NCBI GenBank assembly: GCA_018303115.1 | Contig: JAGVYT010000001.1 | Location: 10,279 to 74,278, forward strand | DNA length: 64,000 nucleotides | Reading direction: 5' to 3' | Source: Candidatus Woesearchaeota archaeon | Lineage (GTDB): Archaea > Nanobdellota > Nanobdellia > Woesearchaeales > UBA10216 | Part shown: piece after piece, positions 38,552-47,591 of the stretch | Layout of the letters: each line of letters opens with the position of its first letter | How positions within the stretch are numbered: position 1 is the stretch's first letter | The notes under the pieces: model-generated | What the model was told of the DNA's origin: nothing | Databases searched by the model: none | What the model saw: only the letters and a program-made list of their open reading frames with translations | Made by a program: the position numbers and the translations under genes

Positions 38552-38676
38552 CGGGTAAAGTCAAGTTAAATGTGTTTTGTCTGCCTACTGTTATTTTCCC
38601 TCTCCTTGCCTAGTCGAGGAGAGGAGAAAATAAGCAGTGGGCTGGGAAAGTAACACCGGTTAGTTGACTTTACCCG
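38552..38676. repeat. Dispersed palindromic element copy E5 with perfect 13-bp terminal inverted repeats
   Basis: CGGGTAAAGTCAA (38552-38564) / TTGACTTTACCCG (38664-38676); inner long hairpin 38583-38642 with CTTGCCTAG. Confidence 0.75.
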
Positions 38677-38718
38677 CCTATCGCAAATGTTAAATATCAC
38701 CTAGTGCCTAAAACCGGT

Positions 38719-39249
38719 ATGGCTTTTGTAAGGGTTAAAAGAATAAGCGGAGGGGAATACGCTTACCTTGTGGAGAACTCATGGACTGAAAAGGGGGCAA
38801 GGCAGAAAGTCGGGAAGTATTTGGGCAAGGTTCACAAGCCGGAGAAGGTGAAAAGTGAGGGTTTAGGGGCGTTTTTGGGCATTCCTGACGTTGGAAAGCA
38901 CGTGCGCAGCAGCGACTTTAAAAGGGTAGCAGCTGACCTGATAAGGCTTGAGCTGCACAACCACGACGTGAAAAGTGATGAAATAACTGCGGATTTTGAG
39001 GGTTTTAGCGTTAAAAACCGCAGCGGCAAGAATGTTGTGGTAGCGATGAACAACGGCTTCCTGTGCAGCCACACAATGAAAAGCCTAGCAGGGTATGATG
39101 CTGACAAGGACTATTCAGGCTATCTTCTGGCTGACCTGATAACAGCTGCCGGAATAGTCCCGGAACAGGACGTGTTCATAGAACTTTACGGCAAATTCAG
39201 GGCAAAGCATGAAGCTGCAGCAGCAAGGAAGTTTGAGTTTTACTACTGA
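38719..39249 (+). CDS. Hypothetical protein whose N-terminus resembles the beta-rich N-terminal domain of IS1634-like transposases
   Basis: MAFVRVKRISGGEYAYLVENSW...RQKVGKYLGKV; no DDE domain follows. Confidence 0.65.
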   Translation: MAFVRVKRISGGEYAYLVENSWTEKGARQKVGKYLGKVHKPEKVKSEGLGAFLGIPDVGKHVRSSDFKRVAADLIRLELHNHDVKSDEITADFEGFSVKNRSGKNVVVAMNNGFLCSHTMKSLAGYDADKDYSGYLLADLITAAGIVPEQDVFIELYGKFRAKHEAAAARKFEFYY

Positions 39250-39294
39250 AGTTTTTGCAAAGATATTAAAGGGCAAATCAATTCTCGAATACAC

Positions 39295-39600
39295 ATGACA
39301 TGGAACTGGCTGAAGGGTTATGGTGGCTGGCTTTTGCCTCGCGCTTATACTCCTGAAACTGGAGATGCGGAGAGGCTGCTGGGCAGTTCAGGACGCCTCT
39401 TGCGAATGCAGCGAGAAACCGGGCTGGGGGATAGTGACTTTGAAGAGTATTTGGGGCATTTGGAAGCTCGCAGGGCTTTGGCAAATCAACTCGGAAAAAG
39501 CCCTGACTCAGAACTTGAAGCTAAGATAAGAGAAACAGACGAAAAGATTGACAGACTATTACGGTTTGGTGCTGCCATGCAGCCTTTTCCGCGCTATTAA
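39295..39600 (+). CDS. Hypothetical protein
   Basis: Fills the gap between genes; helical/coiled-coil composition. Confidence 0.5.
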   Translation: MTWNWLKGYGGWLLPRAYTPETGDAERLLGSSGRLLRMQRETGLGDSDFEEYLGHLEARRALANQLGKSPDSELEAKIRETDEKIDRLLRFGAAMQPFPRY

Positions 39601-40697
39601 AAATCCATTGTTATCTTCCCTGTTTTCTCGTCTACAAACTTGATTCTGCGGTTGTCTTTCTGAAGCTGTTTTACAGCCTCCCAGCCGCCTTGCTTTCTGG
39701 CTGCGTTCACTGCTTCCAGAAGCTGTTTTATTTCTTGGTAATTCTCGTAAATTAATTCGCCGCTGCGACGGTTTTTTTCAATAAGATTCTTTGAAGCAGC
39801 GATAGCTTCCTCCTGGTGCTGTATGACGGCTTTCAGGCGGGAAATTTCCGAGTCATAGCGGGAAGGCATCTCAGCGGCAGTTGCGGAGAAGAAATCTTCC
39901 AAGGCTTCGCTGTAGCTGTCGAAGCTCTTTTTTTCGTAATTTTCATAGTATTTGAGACTGATGGGAACAGCGTCAATCGCTGCCTTGTTTTCGTAAATTA
40001 CCAACGGAAAAGGCTTGCTGTTCAGGAGCTTTTTGAGCGACTGGAGGATTTTTTGGGCGCTAGCAGATGTAACTGTGGCAGGCGCTGTTTTTTTGTTGAG
40101 CCCTGAGAGAAGGCAAAGCTCCTCGGCATACAAACCGCCTAAGGATAATTCAAGGGCAAAAAACCTGACCAAGTCTGTTTTGTTAGTGGATTTCAGCATC
40201 TGCAACAGCTGTTCATCACTGAAAGCCCTTGGGTCTGCAACAGCAGGGGGAAGCTTGTAAGGCCTTCCTGCAGCCATCTCGCGGGTGCTCCAGGCCTGTT
40301 TTTCTGCTACTGCAAGTATTTTCCCCTCATGGACGAGAATGATGTTACCCTTGCTGAAAAGCTCCAAAAACAGGCTAAAAAGGCTGTTTTTTGAGGAAAA
40401 ATCGAGCTGCAGGATTCTCTCAAAACCCGGCTGGCTCAGTGCTTTCAGGGTGCTGTTATTGAGTTTTTTCCGCAATAGCGAACAAAAGCCGGCTGCAGCA
40501 GACTGCTCCTTCTCTGAAGCCACATAACAGGCGTATGGAACCCTCACTTTTAGCATTGCGCGGCCCTTGCCTGTCATGTAAAACTGCAGAATAAGCCCCT
40601 TTCTGCCCTGCTGGTATATCTGGCTAAGCCTCGCCTTTATAAGCTTCTGCAGCTCACTAGCCAAATAAAGTATTTCAACAGCTGAAAATTGCTTCAT
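39597..40697 (-). CDS. NFACT/Rqc2 (RqcH/FbpA) N-terminal part
   Basis: FCSLLRKKL, QPGFERIL, ELFSKGNIIL, Y.LPP, LGGLYAEELC (HhH), coiled coil, GELIYENY. Confidence 0.85.
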   Translation of the reverse strand: MKQFSAVEILYLASELQKLIKARLSQIYQQGRKGLILQFYMTGKGRAMLKVRVPYACYVASEKEQSAAAGFCSLLRKKLNNSTLKALSQPGFERILQLDFSSKNSLFSLFLELFSKGNIILVHEGKILAVAEKQAWSTREMAAGRPYKLPPAVADPRAFSDEQLLQMLKSTNKTDLVRFFALELSLGGLYAEELCLLSGLNKKTAPATVTSASAQKILQSLKKLLNSKPFPLVIYENKAAIDAVPISLKYYENYEKKSFDSYSEALEDFFSATAAEMPSRYDSEISRLKAVIQHQEEAIAASKNLIEKNRRSGELIYENYQEIKQLLEAVNAARKQGGWEAVKQLQKDNRRIKFVDEKTGKITMDF

Positions 40698-40756
40698 AAA
40701 ACCTCACTTTTGACTCATAGGAAAGTATTTAAATAAGTTTGCCCTTAAAAAGCTGC

Positions 40757-41332
40757 ATGTGGAATCCTTTACGGGTATTCTTTGAGCATGACTACCGCTG
40801 GAACGAGCTTGACAAAACCCTCACAGACGCCTTTGAAAAAGTGAAGGCTGAGCGAAGCCTTGTTTTTTCCTGGCTGAATTATTTCAGGAAAAAGGACAAT
40901 GAAAATGAAAAACTGCAGCAGAAGGTGCAATACGCCCTTGGAAAGCACGATGCGGAAATTGATGCAATAAAAAATGAGATAAAAGGGCTTAAAGAAGCGG
41001 TAAAATCAGCCAAAATCAGTCCGTTTCCGGACCAAATCCGGACTAAGTCCGGACTAGAAAGCGGACTAGTTTCCGGACCTAAATTCCAGGGCGGCTTTGT
41101 GAACAGGATTGTGGCAATGGTAAGGCCCCAAAGGAAGGAATTTGTAATGCAAAAGATACTTGACATGGTTGAAAAAGGGGCATATACGACAAAGCAAGTT
41201 GAGACGGTAATTGTTCGCGAAAAGGGCCTTTGCGGGAGAACCGCGTTCTACGATTACATGAAAGAGCTAAAATACCAGAACCTGGTAAGGACTGCGCAGA
41301 AAAAGGGGAGAAAAATACTGATTTCTGAATAA
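40757..41332 (+). CDS. Coiled-coil plus C-terminal winged-helix putative DNA-binding protein containing a DNA repeat array
   Basis: N-terminal heptads; C-terminal KILDMV...IVREKGLCGRTAFYDYMKELK HTH-like segment; TATA TATTTAAATA at 40727. Confidence 0.7.
   Translation: MWNPLRVFFEHDYRWNELDKTLTDAFEKVKAERSLVFSWLNYFRKKDNENEKLQQKVQYALGKHDAEIDAIKNEIKGLKEAVKSAKISPFPDQIRTKSGLESGLVSGPKFQGGFVNRIVAMVRPQRKEFVMQKILDMVEKGAYTTKQVETVIVREKGLCGRTAFYDYMKELKYQNLVRTAQKKGRKILISE
41018..41080. repeat. Iteron-like array 1 (five CGGAC, 11-12 bp period), intragenic
   Basis: CGGAC at 41028, 41039, 41050, 41062, 41074. Confidence 0.85.
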
Positions 41333-41338
41333 TTTTCA

Positions 41339-41390
41339 AGTCCGTTTCCGGACTAGTTTCCGGACTAAGTCCGGACCGAACCCGGACTAA
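41339..41390. repeat. Iteron-like array 2 (four CGGAC, 11-12 bp period), intergenic
   Basis: CGGAC at 41349, 41361, 41372, 41383; same AGTCCGTTTCCGGAC head as array 1. Confidence 0.85.
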
Positions 41391-41902
41391 AGCTTTTTGA
41401 TGCGGTTAGCAAGCTTTTTGATGTCTGTTTCCTTAACTTTTGTCGCATCAAATTTGATTATGCGATGAGCTTTTTCTGTTGTCTCAACCAAGATAACATC
41501 AAATATTTCAGCATCAAGGTTTTCCCTTACCTTGGCCCTGCCATAGCCCCTTTTGGTGAGCCTGCGCTTAAGCTCCGGGATACTGCAGCTCAGCACAACA
41601 CAGGCAGATACCGCCTTATTAGGGAGAAAGTGAGAAAGGTGGGAATCCACAATAAGGCCCTTTTTGCCCTTTTTGGCAGCCGAATCCCTCACTTTCAGGA
41701 CTGCACGAGTGAAAAGTGAGGGGTCTACTATGGCGGTTTTACGCCTTTTATCGTATTTCTCAGCCAAATTGGCTTTTTTTATGAGCGCTGAGCCGGATAA
41801 GTACGCATAATCCAGAAAAAGTGAGAGTCTTTTTGCTATTACAGACTTGCCTGTGCCTGGAGTTCCTGTTACAACTATCACTTTTAGGCTGTTTTTGGCC
41901 AT
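41387..41902 (-). CDS. Atypical adenylate kinase AK6/Fap7/hCINAP family
   Basis: GTPGTGKS P-loop, IVDSHLSH, RL..RGY...KVRENLDAEI. Confidence 0.85.
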   Translation of the reverse strand: MAKNSLKVIVVTGTPGTGKSVIAKRLSLFLDYAYLSGSALIKKANLAEKYDKRRKTAIVDPSLFTRAVLKVRDSAAKKGKKGLIVDSHLSHFLPNKAVSACVVLSCSIPELKRRLTKRGYGRAKVRENLDAEIFDVILVETTEKAHRIIKFDATKVKETDIKKLANRIKKL

Positions 41903-41908
41903 TTTGCC

Positions 41909-42313
41909 TTATTTTCCCACCAATTCCACGATTATACGCCGTTCCTGCCTTGGGCCGTCAAACTCGCAGAACATAATCGCCTGCCACTTACCAAGAACAA
42001 GGGCGCCATCTTTAAAAGTTAGCGTTTCACTAGGTCCTAGCATGGCTGATTTGATGTGGGCAGCTGCGTTGTTGTCAACCTTGTCATGCTTGTAATCAGC
42101 GTGTTTAGGCACCATGCGGGAAAGTGAGAGCAGAATGTCTTCGCATATGTTACGATCCCAGTTTTCATTCACAATTACGGCTGCTGTAGCGTGCGGTGTA
42201 TAGACTAAACACAGCCCTGCCTTCAATTTTGACTGCCTCACTATGCCGTTTACCCTGCCTGTGATGTCTATCATCTCCTCGCTCCTCGTGGTTGAAAGGC
42301 TGAATTCAGACAT
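41909..42313 (-). CDS. yjbQ: YjbQ / UPF0047 family protein
   Basis: DIT, PHATAA..NE, NAAAHIKS, LGKWQAIMFCEFDGPR. Confidence 0.92.
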   Translation of the reverse strand: MSEFSLSTTRSEEMIDITGRVNGIVRQSKLKAGLCLVYTPHATAAVIVNENWDRNICEDILLSLSRMVPKHADYKHDKVDNNAAAHIKSAMLGPSETLTFKDGALVLGKWQAIMFCEFDGPRQERRIIVELVGK

Positions 42314-42366
42314 TTTGAGCGGGTAATACGATTAAATATTTATAATTAAGCAGAATCTTTGCTTTT

Positions 42367-42693
42367 ATGAGATTTTTCTTATTAATAATACTTGTAGTTT
42401 TACTTGTAGTTTTAGCAACAATTACAGCCGGTTGCAGGAGTGAAAATGGGGATGACACCCCTGATGTGAACTCGGAGGCTGAATGCAACAGCGATGGTGA
42501 CTGCGCAACTGCAGGGTGTTCGGGACAGCTTTGCGTTAAAGCCGAAGATGCAGCCGGTATAATAACAACGTGCGAATACAAGGAAGAATACCGCTGCCTT
42601 CAGCTCACAAGCTGCGGCTGCAATGATGGAAGCTGCGGATGGGCGCAAACAGACGAATACATATCATGCCTGAAAGATTATCAGAAAAAATAA
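42367..42693 (+). CDS. Secreted/lipoprotein with an eight-cysteine-cluster domain
   Basis: Signal peptide ending AGC; C.SD.DC..AGCSGQLC...TTCE....Y.C....CGC..G.C.W. Confidence 0.8.
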   Translation: MRFFLLIILVVLLVVLATITAGCRSENGDDTPDVNSEAECNSDGDCATAGCSGQLCVKAEDAAGIITTCEYKEEYRCLQLTSCGCNDGSCGWAQTDEYISCLKDYQKK

Positions 42694-42725
42694 ATAACAA
42701 AGGCTGCTAAAGGAACAGGAGTTCT

Positions 42726-43175
42726 ATGAACTGCGACATGTGTGGCAAGGAAGCAGAAATGTATAAGTCAATCATAGAAGGCACTGAGCTTACTGTGTGC
42801 ATCAACTGCAGCAAATACGGGAAGCTTATAGGGAAGGCAACGCCTGCTGAAGCATTCAGGGAAAAGATTCCTGTTCTTGAACGCCAGCCTGAAATGGCGG
42901 AAACGGTTGCAAGCAACTTTGGCGAACTCCTGAAAAGGAAAAGGGAGGGGCTCGGGCTGAAGCAGAAGGAGTTTGCAAAGAAGATAGCAGAGAAGGAATC
43001 AACACTCCATAAGCTTGAAACCGGAACCATTAAGCCTACGCTGGAAAGGGCGAGGAAACTGGAAAAAATGCTTGGCTTGAAGCTTGTTGAGGAGCTTAAA
43101 GAAGAGCCTGTTGAGCAGAAAAAGGACAGCTCTGTGATGACGCTTGGGGACGTGGTCAAAATAAAAAAAAGGTGA
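42726..43175 (+). CDS. mbf1: Archaeal multiprotein bridging factor 1 (Zn ribbon plus HTH)
   Basis: CDMCG...IEG..L.VC..C.KYG, REGLGLKQKEFAKK, KLETG, TLGD. Confidence 0.92.
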   Translation: MNCDMCGKEAEMYKSIIEGTELTVCINCSKYGKLIGKATPAEAFREKIPVLERQPEMAETVASNFGELLKRKREGLGLKQKEFAKKIAEKESTLHKLETGTIKPTLERARKLEKMLGLKLVEELKEEPVEQKKDSSVMTLGDVVKIKKR

Positions 43176-43209
43176 TTAATTTATTGGCATAGAAACTTCT
43201 TCTGCAATT

Positions 43210-43899
43210 ATGGATTATGGGGATTTAACAGTAATAATACCAACGCTGAATGAAGAAAGAAACATAAAGGAGCTAATTAAGATAATCCGTAATAGTTATA
43301 AGGGAATAAAAGTGGTTGTAGCTGACGACGGTTCAACTGACAATACTGCCGCAATTGTTAAAAAATTCGGCATGAGCGATAAAAATATAAAACTGCTTGA
43401 CAGGGGCAGAGAAAAGACGCATGGATTGACGGCAAGCGTCATAGATGCAGTGAAAAATACGAAAACAGGGCTTCTCATCGTCATAGACGGCGATTTGCAG
43501 CACCCGCCAGAAAAAATAGCAGAGATAACTGCAAAGCTAAGGGATGGAAATGATTTGGTCATAGGGACAAGGGAAAAGGTGGAGGGGGAATGGCCGCTGC
43601 AGCGCAGGCTGATGTCAGTTATTGCCACAAACATTGCAAGGCTAAGGCTTATGAAGGCTGTTAAGGACCCGATGTCAGGGTTTTTCGGGGTAAGGAGCGA
43701 GCTTTTCAAAAAGGCGCTGGCAGCCAAGGAAAAAAGGTTTGAGAAAAGGGGCTACAAGGTCATGTTTGACCTGCTCAAGTGCGCTCCAATGGCAAGAACG
43801 GCAAACGTTTACTACACTTTCGGGAAGCGCAGTGGGGGGGAGTCCAAGATAGGGGTAAAGCAGGTTATTTGCTTCCTTAAGTCAGTTGCAAAGCCATAG
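43210..43899 (+). CDS. Dolichol-phosphate mannosyltransferase-like GT2 (DPM1-like)
   Basis: IIPTLNE, DDGSTD, DGDLQHPPE, DPMSGFF, R..GESK. Confidence 0.88.
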   Translation: MDYGDLTVIIPTLNEERNIKELIKIIRNSYKGIKVVVADDGSTDNTAAIVKKFGMSDKNIKLLDRGREKTHGLTASVIDAVKNTKTGLLIVIDGDLQHPPEKIAEITAKLRDGNDLVIGTREKVEGEWPLQRRLMSVIATNIARLRLMKAVKDPMSGFFGVRSELFKKALAAKEKRFEKRGYKVMFDLLKCAPMARTANVYYTFGKRSGGESKIGVKQVICFLKSVAKP

Positions 43900-43968
43900 C
43901 GCCTGCCTGGCTGCATTAACAGAACTTTTAAAAACTAACTGTTTCACTGAATTGCTAGGTGCAAAGGC

Positions 43969-45207
43969 ATGTCTGGAAACCTGCTTACTTACGCGGCATT
44001 GTATTTCGGCCTATTCACAGCGCTTTTCTTCATGGTAACCTTTTTTGAAAACAGCGGCAGACTCAAAAACCCGGAGCCAAGGATGTTCCCAAAGGTTACG
44101 GTAGCCGTGGCTGTCTACAACGGCGAAGACCACATAAGCAAGACCGTTGAATCGCTTCTCAACATTGACTGGCCAAGGGAAAAGCTTGAGGTAATCATCG
44201 TGGATGACGGCAGCACGGACAACTCCTACACGGCTGCCAAAAAATACGCCAGTGACAAAAGAGTGGTGCTGCTGCAACAGGAAAACAGGGGGAAGAACAA
44301 GGCGGTCAATGTTGCGCTAAAGCTGGCGACAGGCGAGTTCTTCGGGGTCCTAGACGTTGACTCCTTCGTGGAAAGGGACTGCCTGCGAAAGATGATGGGC
44401 TACTTTGAAAACGAGCGCGTCATGGCAGTTACACCATCCCTTAAGGTTTACGGCGCAAAGACGTGGCTGCAGAAAATCCAGATGATGGAGTTCCTGCTGG
44501 GGGTTTACCTGAGGAAGGTGTTCTCCTTCCTGGGGGCAATTCACGTAACCCCGGGCTGCTTTTCAATCTACAGAAAGGCCTTCTTTGACCGGACAGGGCC
44601 TTACGATGAGGAAAACCTCACTGAGGACATAGAGGTTGCATGCAGGATACAGTGCAATGACTACGCCATAGAGAACGCAATAGACGCCAACGTTTATACG
44701 CAGGGGTTCAAAAAATTCGGGCTGCTGTATAACCAACGGCTCAGGTGGTATAAGGGCTTCATTGACAACGTGATAAGCTACAAGAGAATGCTGCACCCGA
44801 AGTTCGGCAATCTTGGAATGTTCGTCCTTCCATCGGCATTCCTTTCAGTTTTCCTCACCTCACTTTTGTCGGCATACATGCTGGTAAAACTCGGGCAGGG
44901 CCTCTGGAAACAGTTCACAGTCCTGAAGTATACCGGTTTCGACCTGACACAATACCTGCACTATGACTTTGACCTGTTCTATATTTCAAACTTCAACGCA
45001 ATCCTGATACTGAACCTGATAGCACTCGCCTGGAGCATAACGGCCGTATACCTCGCCAAGAAACACTCGGGGGAAAAGAGTTCCATAATCCTCCCATTTG
45101 TAATATTCATGTTCACGTATGTTTTCCTCTACCCATTCTGGTGGGCCGGCGCAGGGTACTGCCGATTAACTGGAAAAAAGATACGCTGGGGAAACAGATA
45201 CCTATGA
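43969..45207 (+). CDS. Processive membrane GT2 (CesA/IcaA-like)
   Basis: DDGSTD, LDVDS, LTED, QRLRW motif; flanking TM helices. Confidence 0.88.
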   Translation: MSGNLLTYAALYFGLFTALFFMVTFFENSGRLKNPEPRMFPKVTVAVAVYNGEDHISKTVESLLNIDWPREKLEVIIVDDGSTDNSYTAAKKYASDKRVVLLQQENRGKNKAVNVALKLATGEFFGVLDVDSFVERDCLRKMMGYFENERVMAVTPSLKVYGAKTWLQKIQMMEFLLGVYLRKVFSFLGAIHVTPGCFSIYRKAFFDRTGPYDEENLTEDIEVACRIQCNDYAIENAIDANVYTQGFKKFGLLYNQRLRWYKGFIDNVISYKRMLHPKFGNLGMFVLPSAFLSVFLTSLLSAYMLVKLGQGLWKQFTVLKYTGFDLTQYLHYDFDLFYISNFNAILILNLIALAWSITAVYLAKKHSGEKSSIILPFVIFMFTYVFLYPFWWAGAGYCRLTGKKIRWGNRYL

Positions 45208-45959
45208 ACGAGCGCAGAATCAACAAGCACAAATACGCAGCAGTGTTTGCCATAACAACGCTGATTTTCATCCTTGGAATTGCTGCCGGGAATTACTACA
45301 GCGGCAAAAAGCTTTCAGAGCTCTCCGAGCTTTCACAGGCCATCCAGTTGGACACGCTTGGAGCAGAGCTGCAGTTCCTGCTAATAGCCTATGAGCCATG
45401 CAGACTGTTTAACGTAACTACGCTTGGCAACGAACTTTATTCAATAGGAAGCAAGGTTGACTTCATGGAAAGTGAGCTTGGCAGCGACAACAAGGAATTG
45501 CTTGGCCTGAAGGCATACTACAACCTGCTTGAGCTGAGGCACTGGCTCCTGCTTAAGCAGGCAGGCGGGCAGTGCAACCAGAAGTTTGACCGCATCCTTT
45601 ACTTCTACTCAAACAAGGGGGACTGCGACAGGTGCGAAGACGAGGGAGGCGTGCTTACTTACCTGCGCCGCAAGCACCCAACGCTCAGCATATACTCTTT
45701 TGACATCAACATAGACAACCCAGCCCTGCTCACAATAAAGCAGCTTTACAACGTAGGCGGAGAGCTGCCAGTGCTTGTCATAAACGATAAGACCTACAAC
45801 GGGTTCATGGACAGCAAAGAAATTGAGGAAGGGCTCTCAATTAGCACGCTGCAGCAGCGGGCCGTGCCGGAAGGAATCACTTCCCCCAGCTTCCAACAAA
45901 AACAAGCGCAATCATTTTCTCTTCTCCCATTGAGAACTGCATTTTTGAGGAAAGCTTAA
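45204..45959 (+). CDS. Membrane-anchored protein with a C-terminal thioredoxin-like (CxxC) fold
   Basis: N-terminal TM helix; ILYFYS...CDRC, YSFD, LPVLVIN; the C-terminal tail overlaps the convergent gene. Confidence 0.65.
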   Translation: MNERRINKHKYAAVFAITTLIFILGIAAGNYYSGKKLSELSELSQAIQLDTLGAELQFLLIAYEPCRLFNVTTLGNELYSIGSKVDFMESELGSDNKELLGLKAYYNLLELRHWLLLKQAGGQCNQKFDRILYFYSNKGDCDRCEDEGGVLTYLRRKHPTLSIYSFDINIDNPALLTIKQLYNVGGELPVLVINDKTYNGFMDSKEIEEGLSISTLQQRAVPEGITSPSFQQKQAQSFSLLPLRTAFLRKA

Positions 45960-47031
45960 AATCATGCTTGGCGGCAGCCTCGGTTAATGCATCTGCATCA
46001 TGAGCAGCCACTACTATTCTGCCTTTCTTTGACAAGATAAGGCTTGCCTGATAGAAAAATTCCGGATAAAGCCGTTTTATTTTCGATGCGTCAGTGCTTT
46101 TTGACAACAAAGGCGGATAGGAAACAATATCGTCAACAGTGCCGTGTTCAAACTTCAGCTCAAGCCACTCCAGGTCAACCCTTGCAAAATTTATCACCTT
46201 GTTTATGCCGGCTATCTTGGCGTTTTTTTCTGATGAACGCACATTGGCGATGGAGGGGCTGTAGTTGAAAATCTTCAGCTTTTCAGTTTCAATTTTTTTA
46301 TCAACTGCTGCAAAAAAACTTTTGAAATTTATTGGCGAAAAAGGCTTTAGATTCAGGAACGAAAAGGAGTCTTTGCGATAGTAGTTTACAGGAAATCCTG
46401 AGCCAAACAAGGCTGCCTCAATCGCTATCGCTCCAGAACGGCAAAAAGGGTCCAAAAGGGCTGTGCTGCGCTTGAAGCCAGCCATCCTAAGCATGGCGTA
46501 AGCCACCGTGGCTTTCAAGTCAGATGAATGGCCGAAAATCCTGTAATCGCGCTTGCTTAAATCAAATCCTGCAACATCAATACCAAAAAAGCCCTTGTTG
46601 TCATTTATGCAGCAGAAAAATCGCAGCGATGGCGATTTGAAGTTAACATTGTCATTGCCGCTGATTTCAGAAATCAGGTTATTCGCAGCAATAGAAAAAT
46701 CGTGACTGTTAAAATCATGCTTTCCACGGCGCTCGCACTCAACAACAAAATCCTTTTCAGCCCAATCGCTGATTTTGAAATTCCGTAGTTTTAGTTTTAG
46801 ATTTTTAATAGCGGCAACAAGAGACGTTGCTGCTTCAAATTCACAAATTGAATAACAAAGCCTTGACAGTGACTGTGAACGGTAAGCCAACACACAGAAG
46901 TCCTTGAAATCCTTAATATCAAAAGTTACTACGCTGCTACTGCCACGAATATTTGCAGCAATAACGAGTTCTTTAATTTCAGCAGCGGCTATATCCTCAA
47001 TACCCGCGTTAGTAAGTGCAAATGCGTTCAT
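45877..47031 (-). CDS. THUMP-domain RNA methyltransferase (Trm14/RlmL-like)
   Basis: GIEDIAAAEI, R.GKHDFNS, GID..G.DLSKRDYR, LLDPFCRSG.I.IEAAL. Confidence 0.8.
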   Translation of the reverse strand: MNAFALTNAGIEDIAAAEIKELVIAANIRGSSSVVTFDIKDFKDFCVLAYRSQSLSRLCYSICEFEAATSLVAAIKNLKLKLRNFKISDWAEKDFVVECERRGKHDFNSHDFSIAANNLISEISGNDNVNFKSPSLRFFCCINDNKGFFGIDVAGFDLSKRDYRIFGHSSDLKATVAYAMLRMAGFKRSTALLDPFCRSGAIAIEAALFGSGFPVNYYRKDSFSFLNLKPFSPINFKSFFAAVDKKIETEKLKIFNYSPSIANVRSSEKNAKIAGINKVINFARVDLEWLELKFEHGTVDDIVSYPPLLSKSTDASKIKRLYPEFFYQASLILSKKGRIVVAAHDADALTEAAAKHDFKLSSKMQFSMGEEKMIALVFVGSWGK

Positions 47032-47066
47032 AAAAAACGGAAAATAAGTTTAGTTTAAAAGGTTAA

Positions 47067-47591
47067 TCATGCGGATTTAACAGCAAGGCATGCATACGAG
47101 TAATCGGTAAGCCTTTCAATTTTACCTTTGAAACCTGTTTTTCCTAACAGGGCTTCAAGTTTTTGCGGAGAGCTCCTGCCGCACTTCACATCAACGCCTT
47201 CATCGCTGCGTACATGAACATAATCATCAGTTGTTTCAACAACATGGGGAAAACCCACACTAGCGCAGTGCTCTAATTGAACATCAAGGGCATTCTCAGA
47301 CCACGTAGTAACAATAAGCCTTCCATCAGGAACTAATAATTGGTTTACACTCCCTAGAACCTCTAATTGCGACTCCCCAGATGGTTCATTTAAGGAGTTA
47401 ATGGTGTTATAGGAAATAATCACTAAATCATACCAATTATAAGGCAAAGGAGGCCTACGAGCATCGCCAAGGACTAAAGCAGTTTTGTCTCTATATTTAG
47501 CAGTGTTTCTGGCTGCTTCCTCAAATTGTACACGGCTGTAATCTAAACCAGTGAAATGAGCTGCATGCGCAGCTAAAACCTTCAGCAAAAG
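47067..47591 (-). pseudogene. 5'-truncated SAM methyltransferase
   Basis: Starts after motif I (TGLDYS, GDAR, YDLVI, LVPDG present); in-frame TGA TGA immediately upstream. Confidence 0.65.

Noticed and set aside
41018..41390. CRISPR array
   Set aside because: The units are 11-12 bp with no unique 30-40 bp spacers, and no cas genes are in the window
45877..45959. Functional 83-bp overlap of convergent genes
   Set aside because: The tail of the + gene looks like read-through after stop loss, and short convergent overlaps are common throughout the window
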